Below, in pieces: positions 52,576 to 59,488 of a DNA stretch of 59,488 bases. Positions within the stretch are counted from its first letter, which is position 1. Each line of letters starts with the position of its first letter. The DNA comes from Octopus bimaculoides. Taxonomy: Eukaryota. A program made the position numbers and the translations under genes. Below the pieces are notes generated by a model, which was given only the letters and a program-made list of their open reading frames with translations, did not search any database and was not told the DNA's origin. The DNA is taken from NCBI RefSeq assembly GCF_001194135.2, contig NC_068982.1, forward strand, positions 152,876,965-152,936,452, written 5' to 3'.

Positions 52576-53257
52576 ATACGTTTGTATGTATGTATGTATG
52601 TATGTATGTATGTATGTATGTATGTATGTATGTATGTATCTCTGTGTGTCTATATATACATATATTCAGATATATATTTAGAGAAAGAAAGAACGAGAGA
52701 GAGAGAGAGAGAGAGAGAGTGTGTGTGTGTGTGTGTGTTTGTGGATGAGAGAGACTGACAGAGACAGATAGAAAGTGTTTGATTGATGTATAGGTATACA
52801 AAGGTAGATATAGATAGATACATAGATATTTAGATAACACAATCCTACATTCTATAATTCATTATCTGCATTTCGTCTTTTATAATGTGGAGGCAAACGC
52901 TGATGTTGCTGAAGTCATGAAACCTGAGTGCATAGAGGAAACATAACTATGACTACATAAAATGCAATGTCAAATTTCTGAACCACCTTGCTATAAATGC
53001 ATAACGTGAAATTAATTGTATTTTGCTGCATACGTCTGAACATTCGTTCATATGTGTTTTAACTCTCAAGTATATCTTGTAATTAAAGATTTACTTTTGT
53101 TGATATGCATCCAGAGAGGAGTCGTAATTATTATAAACTAGACAGTTTGTTTTTATACCATTCTTATTCTTTTCATTTCCTTGTTTACTGAGATGTAATG
53201 TCACGATTTAGATACATATATAATTGGTTAGTAGAAAAGCAACTGTTCAGTATATGA

Positions 53258-53299
<42 letters not shown>

Positions 53300-53382
53300 A
53301 TATGTGTGTGTGTGTATACATATCTATATGTATATGCATGTATGCACGTATGAATGTATGTAGGTATGTATGTATGTATATA

Positions 53383-53418
<36 letters not shown>

Positions 53419-53570
53419 GGTAGGTAGGTAGGGAGGGAGGGAGGTAGGTTGGTAGGTAGATATTTCGTTTAGGCATAGCAAAACTAATAACAAGGCGTAG
53501 AATTTAAGATATGCATGCTTCTGTTCGAAGCGTTAGCCGAGTATAGAGAGGTAATCACAAACAAAAATGG

Positions 53571-53818
53571 CAAAAGAATAAACGATTATCTAATGAACTT
53601 CACTAGCTTACAGTTGTTTAAGAGTTATGAGATGAGGTTGAATCCTAATTGAGTGGTTGAGCAACACCTTATAGCTTCATCGCAGCCTCAAACATGGCAG
53701 TTCATGTTTGAGGCTCCGATAAATCACTTCTCAAGTACTCAGTTTTGATTCCACCGCATTCTATAGTGGAAACAGTTGTAAGCTTATGAAGTTCGTAAGA
53801 TAATCGTTTATTCCTTTG
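53571..53818. mobile_element. ~250-bp foldback (palindromic MITE-like) element
   Basis: Arms align over their whole length; perfect 13-bp inner stem AGCCTCAAACATG/CATGTTTGAGGCT with 6-nt loop; outer ~50 bp highly similar. Confidence 0.75.
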
Positions 53819-53997
53819 TCTTCTTTATCTTCCTCGCATCATAGCATCATGATTTTGAAATATCTATAAAACCGTCAAAACCTTGTTTATTTTTATGTTT
53901 TTTGTTTTATTTATCATTAGTATTGCTTAAATTGTTTTGTTAAAATTGCTATTTCCTTTTAGATATCATCAGAAAAAGGCAATTAATATTCACTAAA

Positions 53998-54726
53998 ATG
54001 ACAGATCTATCGGACATTCAAAGAGGTCAAATTGTTGGTGCTCGTATGGCAGGCGCTAGCATAATGAAAACAGCCGAAATGTTTGGTGTACCAAGAAGTA
54101 TTGTCTCGAAAGTAATGACAGACTTTGAAAAAGAGGGAAAAACCTCCTCGTTGAAACAAAATTCCGGAAGAAGACCAAAACTTTCATATAGGAACCATTG
54201 GACTCTTTCGCGAATTGTTAGAAAGGAACACAAAAGTACAGCTCCCAAAATTACTGTAGAGCTTAATGACCACCTCAAAACCCAGATTCCACAAAAAACG
54301 TTCGCCGGGAGCTACACAAAGCTGGATTTCATGGGAGGACTGCAATCAGAAAACCACTACTTTGAAAAACAAACGTTCCAAGCGTTTAGAGCGGAGTAAA
54401 AACCAACATAATTGGTCCCTAAAGCAGTAGTGAAGTTGAACATCTTATCTGGCATCACAGTCCCCAGATCTCAATATTATCGAAAATTTATGATGTATTT
54501 TAGAAAAACAAATAAGGAGTCGATATCTTGCACCATCATCACTACAAGAACTGGAGACTGCCTTTAACTGAAGAATGGACAAACATTCCTTTGGAATCAT
54601 TTCAAACTTTGTACGAGTCCATACTTCGTAGAATTCAAGCTGTAATTAATGCTAAAGGCAGTCCTACTCCATATTAAGATAAATTTATTTTAAATTTTCA
54701 GGTGTTTCCATTATTTTATCCAACCC

Positions 54727-54731
<5 letters not shown>
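53998..54731 (+). mobile_element. Tc1-family transposon, internally deleted and frameshifted, right TIR only
   Basis: HTH N-terminus MTDLSDIQRGQIVGARMAGAS, SGRRPKLS, KRLE...NWS; then QSPDLNIIENL and RRIQAVINAKGSPTPY* (stop 54675-54677); right end ...ttccattattttatccaacccctg followed by TA. Confidence 0.9.
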
Positions 54732-54786
<55 letters not shown>

Positions 54787-55236
54787 TACATTATATCGGT
54801 ATAACCTAGAATGACCGGCTCACTAGTCAGCAGTATTAGACGGTGGCCGACATAAGTGGAACAGGAACCTTATTTGTATCTTAAAACGATGCTATAAACA
54901 AATTAAAAATATGGAAATGTATATGGGTGTATATGTATGTATATATAGCGGAATGAGAAAATAATGGACGGTCCACCCACAAACACACAAAAGAAATGAA
55001 TAATAAATAACAACAAAATAGCACTGAAATCTAGCAAATATTCTTCAACACGATACAACCAGTATAAAAAAAAACAAAACAACACTATATGAATTAATTA
55101 GCATCCCCAAATAAACATAGGCAGTCACGTGGTATAAGTCCACGCAGCAAGAAAGTCATGAAATCACTACCAAGTATAAAGTATCAGACATAAAAAGAGC
55201 CAATAGACAGAGCTTATATATATATATGAGAGTGTT

Positions 55237-55272
<36 letters not shown>

Positions 55273-55495
55273 CTGCTATTTTCTTTTTTTATCTCTATTT
55301 GTTTCAGCCAACGGACTGCGGTCATGCTGGAGCAATGCCTTGAAAGTTTTAGTTGAATAAATCAATCACAGGCCTTGTTTTTAAAGGCTACTACTTATTA
55401 ATCGGTTAGATTTGTCGAACCGCTCATTTAGAAGGACGTAAACAAACCGACACCAGTTTCCAAGGGATTGTGTGATGGGAGACAAATGCAAGCAA
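55273..55495 (-). mobile_element. SINE family B, 3' half
   Basis: ttgtttcagcc...gactgcggtcatgctggagc ... gaaccgct ... gacgtaaacaaaccgacacc. Confidence 0.7.
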
Positions 55496-55710
55496 CCTTA
55501 TGTGTGTTTTAGTGTATGTTTGAGTGTGTGTTTGTGTGTGTGTATGTTTGTGTGTGTGTGTTTGTGTGTATGTGCTTGTGAATGAATGGTCTTTTTTCAC
55601 TTTTGGTTAAACAAATCTACTCGCAAGTCATTGCTCAGCCAAGTCGGTGCACAGTGACTAAACCTAATTTCATGTATGCAAGGAAACTCTTCAGCCACGC
55701 CAACGCCTAC

Positions 55711-55758
<48 letters not shown>

Positions 55759-55900
55759 GTATGTATACATATATATAAATCCAGCTGAGTCAATGAGTCC
55801 CAAAATTATATGAAATGAAAACTATGTAAAAATACTAAGTGTGAAAAATCAACGAAGACAACAGCAGCACAGACAACAGCGAACCACAACACAGCGTGCG

Positions 55901-55914
55901 GTTGTCATGGTAAC
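55901..55914. promoter_or_regulatory. RFX X-box consensus match
   Basis: GTTGTC AT GGTAAC fits GTHNYY-AT-RRNAAC; sequence match only, function unproven. Confidence 0.35.
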
Positions 55915-55984
55915 AAGCTGCTAATGGCACACTGGCTGTTGACTGGTTAAAATTACCCAACATTCCTAACTTTAATTCCAAATA

Positions 55985-56378
55985 ACTCTCTTTTACTCTT
56001 TCACTTGTTTCAGTCATTTGACTGTGGCCATGCTGGAACACCACCTTTAGTCGAGCAAATCGACTGCAGGACTTATTCTTTGTAAGCCTAGTACTTATTT
56101 TATCGGTCACTTCTCCCGAACCGCTTAGTTGCGGGGACGTAAACACACCAGCATCGGTTGTCAAGCGATGTTGGGGGACAAACACAGACACACAAGTACA
56201 TACACACACACACATATATATATATACATATATATACATACGTTTCCGTCTACCAAATGCACTTACAAGGCTTTGGTCGCCTCGAGGCTATAGTAGAAGA
56301 CACCCAAGGTGCCACGCAGTGGGAATGAACCCGGAAACATGTGGTTCATAAGCAAGCTACTTACCACACAGCCACTCC
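55985..56378 (-). mobile_element. SINE family B, full length with internal microsatellite
   Basis: Head ggagtggctgtgtggtaagtagcttgct, B-box-like gggttcattccc, internal (TA/CA)n, tail gactgaaacaagtgaaagag. Confidence 0.9.
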
Positions 56379-57192
56379 TACATCAAATTCTTTAATTTAC
56401 CAGTAATTCATCGGTCGTAATTAAAATTCAGAGTCGCATAAGTGGGGCTCATTTACGAATGAGAAAGACTAGATCCCGCGTGTATGTGTGTGTGTGTATA
56501 CTTTCAATAATCGTATATGAATGTTTGCACCTGTGTGTGTGTGTGTGCGTGTACTAGTGGGAAACGGTGATGACATTTTCATGTCTTTCTGCAACCCCAA
56601 AGTCTGCTTTTTTCTCACTTAACCGACAAGATATATTCCTAGAAATGCTTATGGGCTGGCTCGCCCGCTTCCTGGCACTTGTGCATAATGGTTCGCGGCT
56701 AAACCCAATTAAAACAACTGCTTGAAATAACAGGGTTGTTTTGAACCCTTTGCTCCTAGAATATCCATTATAATCCTCTGATTTCTTTATAAAGTTGATT
56801 GTTCTTTTTCAAAATATCACTTATCCATCGTGTTAGTTGTTGAATATGCTATCGCCAAAGTTTTCCCATTCTTGTTTTAAATTATACCGGTGTATGGTGG
56901 ATTTATTCCATGACATAATTTATAAAGGCATTAATAAACTTCTACCCTAAGAGGCGTAGAAAATTTAAAATCCTATTCGTGTTCTTCATTATATGTGTGT
57001 GTTTGTGTGTGTGTGTGAGCGTGTGTGTGTATGCGTGTGTGTATGCATGTATGTATGTATCTTTGTATGAATATGCATATATAGAAGTATGTATGCAGGG
57101 GTGCGAGTACGCACACATACACACTTACACCCCAATATATATACATATATATGCATACACACCACACACTGCTACATTCACATGTATGTATG

Positions 57193-57270
<78 letters not shown>

Positions 57271-57883
57271 TGAAATTTAAACAACATAAAAATTTTTGAG
57301 ACATAGATATATGTGGAAAATATATATTTATCGCTGCCTTTGAGCTGTTTTTCTTTTTCTGTATTCGTATTTTTTTCGGTCTAAAAGTTGGATGTTCCCA
57401 TAATGGTGTGCCTTCTACTATAATTTGCTGAAAATATCTTGGAAATTTTATATTTTGGAAATGTTTTTTTCATTGATACCTGTATAGCTCTTCTCTGAAT
57501 TTAATCAATAATGTTTGAATCTGGAGTACAGCACGTTCATCTGTAGAGAATTTGTACATATTGTGATAGATTATGAGTTATCTTAAATATTTCTCTGGTC
57601 AAAGCATCTTTTCAAAAAGAATTCTAACAATACGAATGTTGATGAAACTACAAGCGCTGTTATACCGTTTTCTCTGGAAGCTAATGACGAAGATGACTTG
57701 TGTATAAAAATTTTTCCGACAGAAATTTTTTACCTCATTCTAAGGGAAGTTTATAAAGAACATGTAGTCTATTTAAACATGGATATCTTGATATTTTCCA
57801 GCATGCCATTCCGTTTGACTTACATGTTTTTATATTATCAATCTGAAATTATAAGTTTTTATAATTATTTTAATGAAATTAGG

Positions 57884-58442
57884 TGCAGGAATGGGTGTGT
57901 GGTAAGTAGTAATTTGCTTACCGACCATATGGCTCCAGGCTCAAATCCTACTTCATGGCACCCTGGGTAAGTGTTTTCTACTACAGCCTCGGGCCGACCA
58001 AAGCCTTGTGAGTGGATTTGATAGACGGAAACTGAAAGAAGCTCGTTTGTCCACCCCCCCCCCCTCATCGCTTGACAATCGATATTGGTGTTTTTACGTC
58101 CCCTTTAGCTAGCGTTTCAGCAAAAGAGACTGATAGAATAAGTACTAGGCTTAAGTCCTGGGGTCGATTNNNNNNNNNNNNNNNNNNNNNNNNNNNNNNN
58201 NNNNNNNNNNNNNNNNNNNNNNNNNNNNNNNNNNNNNNNNNNNNNNNNNNNNNNNNNNNNNNNNNNNNNNNNNNNNNNNNNNNNNNNNNNNNNNNNNNNN
58301 NNNNNNNNNNNNNNNNNNNNNNNNNNNNNNNNNNNNNNNNNNNNNNNNNNNNNNNNNNNNNNNNNNNNNNNNNNNNNNNNNNNNNNNNNNNNNNNNNNNN
58401 NNNNNNNNNNNNNNNNNAAAAGAATAAAAGAATAAAAGAATT
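57884..58442 (+). mobile_element. SINE family B spanning a gap
   Basis: Head caggaatgggtgtgtggtaag, gcctcgggccgaccaaagccttgtgagtggatttg, tail aaagaataaaagaataaaagaa after the gap. Confidence 0.85.
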
Positions 58443-59356
58443 CAAAATAAACATACTAGTAATGCCTACAGCATCGTGAATTCTATAACAGACATACAAG
58501 CAACCACTTAGGCAAAGTCACAATGTATATATACGCAACACATACATACATATATACATACATACATACATACATACATACATACATACATACATACGTA
58601 CATATATAAACGTATAAGCGTGCTTATATACATGTATGAGGGTGGAGGACTCTCCTGTCGTAGACGACAGATGTTGGTACCGCAACATCTAAACAGGATT
58701 TGTTTATAACGATCAAAAGTTTGTACCGCACATACACACGCAAACATGAACATACAACCAATAACGCACCTAGACCCACGTACATCTAGTGTACTTACAC
58801 GGACATACACTCTTTCCCTTGCCCTCTCCCCTAACCTTCTCTCTCCCTCTCTCTCTCACTGGCCTTGCTTCTGTCAGCTTCCAAATCACTTCAAAGTGTC
58901 ACTAGACACCAGGGCGCCATCAGTTTCCTACCCAGCCACACGGTTCCAAGTCGCCTTTCCAATGCATCTGATGACGCTAAAATATCTATCTCACCTCTGC
59001 AAACACTATGTATAGTAGTCCACTCCTCAATAGCCATCTTGGACTTCTTCTGCTTCTCCAATCGGGTATCTGAGCTTGAGCAAGCTAGCTTTCTGTAATT
59101 GGCGTGCGAAACTTTAAGTCGTATAGAACCGTAACAAACTGTTTTAAATAATCAGTTTATATGCATGTTTTTTGAATATGCATATATGAGTGTATGGCCG
59201 GCTTATAGGGCCTGAGCTCATTAATGTGTCTGTGATGCCAAGTGTCTTGCGAATAGAAAAATTGATGTCATGTGTTTCTATGATATGCACGAATAATGGA
59301 TTTGCGTATTTAGCTTTCACGAGTATACGCACACGAAAAGAAGCTCATACTATCTG

Positions 59357-59407
<51 letters not shown>

Positions 59408-59488
59408 GTCCTTTTCTTTTTTTTTCGATCCCTTTTGATCGAACTGCCCCTTTTTCCCTTCCTACGATCCCTTTTGATCGACACCACC

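Overview
AT-rich, microsatellite-saturated eukaryotic draft-assembly sequence with 13 N gaps (about 1143-1407, 2647-3154, 4217-4660, 5656-5665, 16452-17402, 21244-21382, 21860-22438, 23988-24936, 31801-32248, 33204-33605, 34948-35062, 44039-44080, 58170-58417). The SINE families and simple-repeat spectrum look like Octopus; this is inference from recalled repeat consensus, not a search. I could not support any intact protein-coding gene, tRNA, rRNA or CRISPR array. Most long ORFs in the track are artefacts of microsatellites and N runs. Supported content is intergenic or intronic mobile DNA: a decayed Penelope-like element (RT plus GIY-YIG) with 212-bp inverted ends and a nested Merlin-like MITE, R4/Dong-type LINE fragments (RT, CCHC, REL endonuclease), an internally deleted Tc1 transposon, a foldback element and many tRNA-derived SINEs. 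The most interesting signal is a set of minimal type I hammerhead-ribozyme motifs from several short repeat families. One at 32489-32564 (minus strand) has an intact catalytic core. In two places a repeat junction falls at or next to the predicted ribozyme cleavage region. Several short near-perfect inverted duplications and one RFX X-box motif are also noted.
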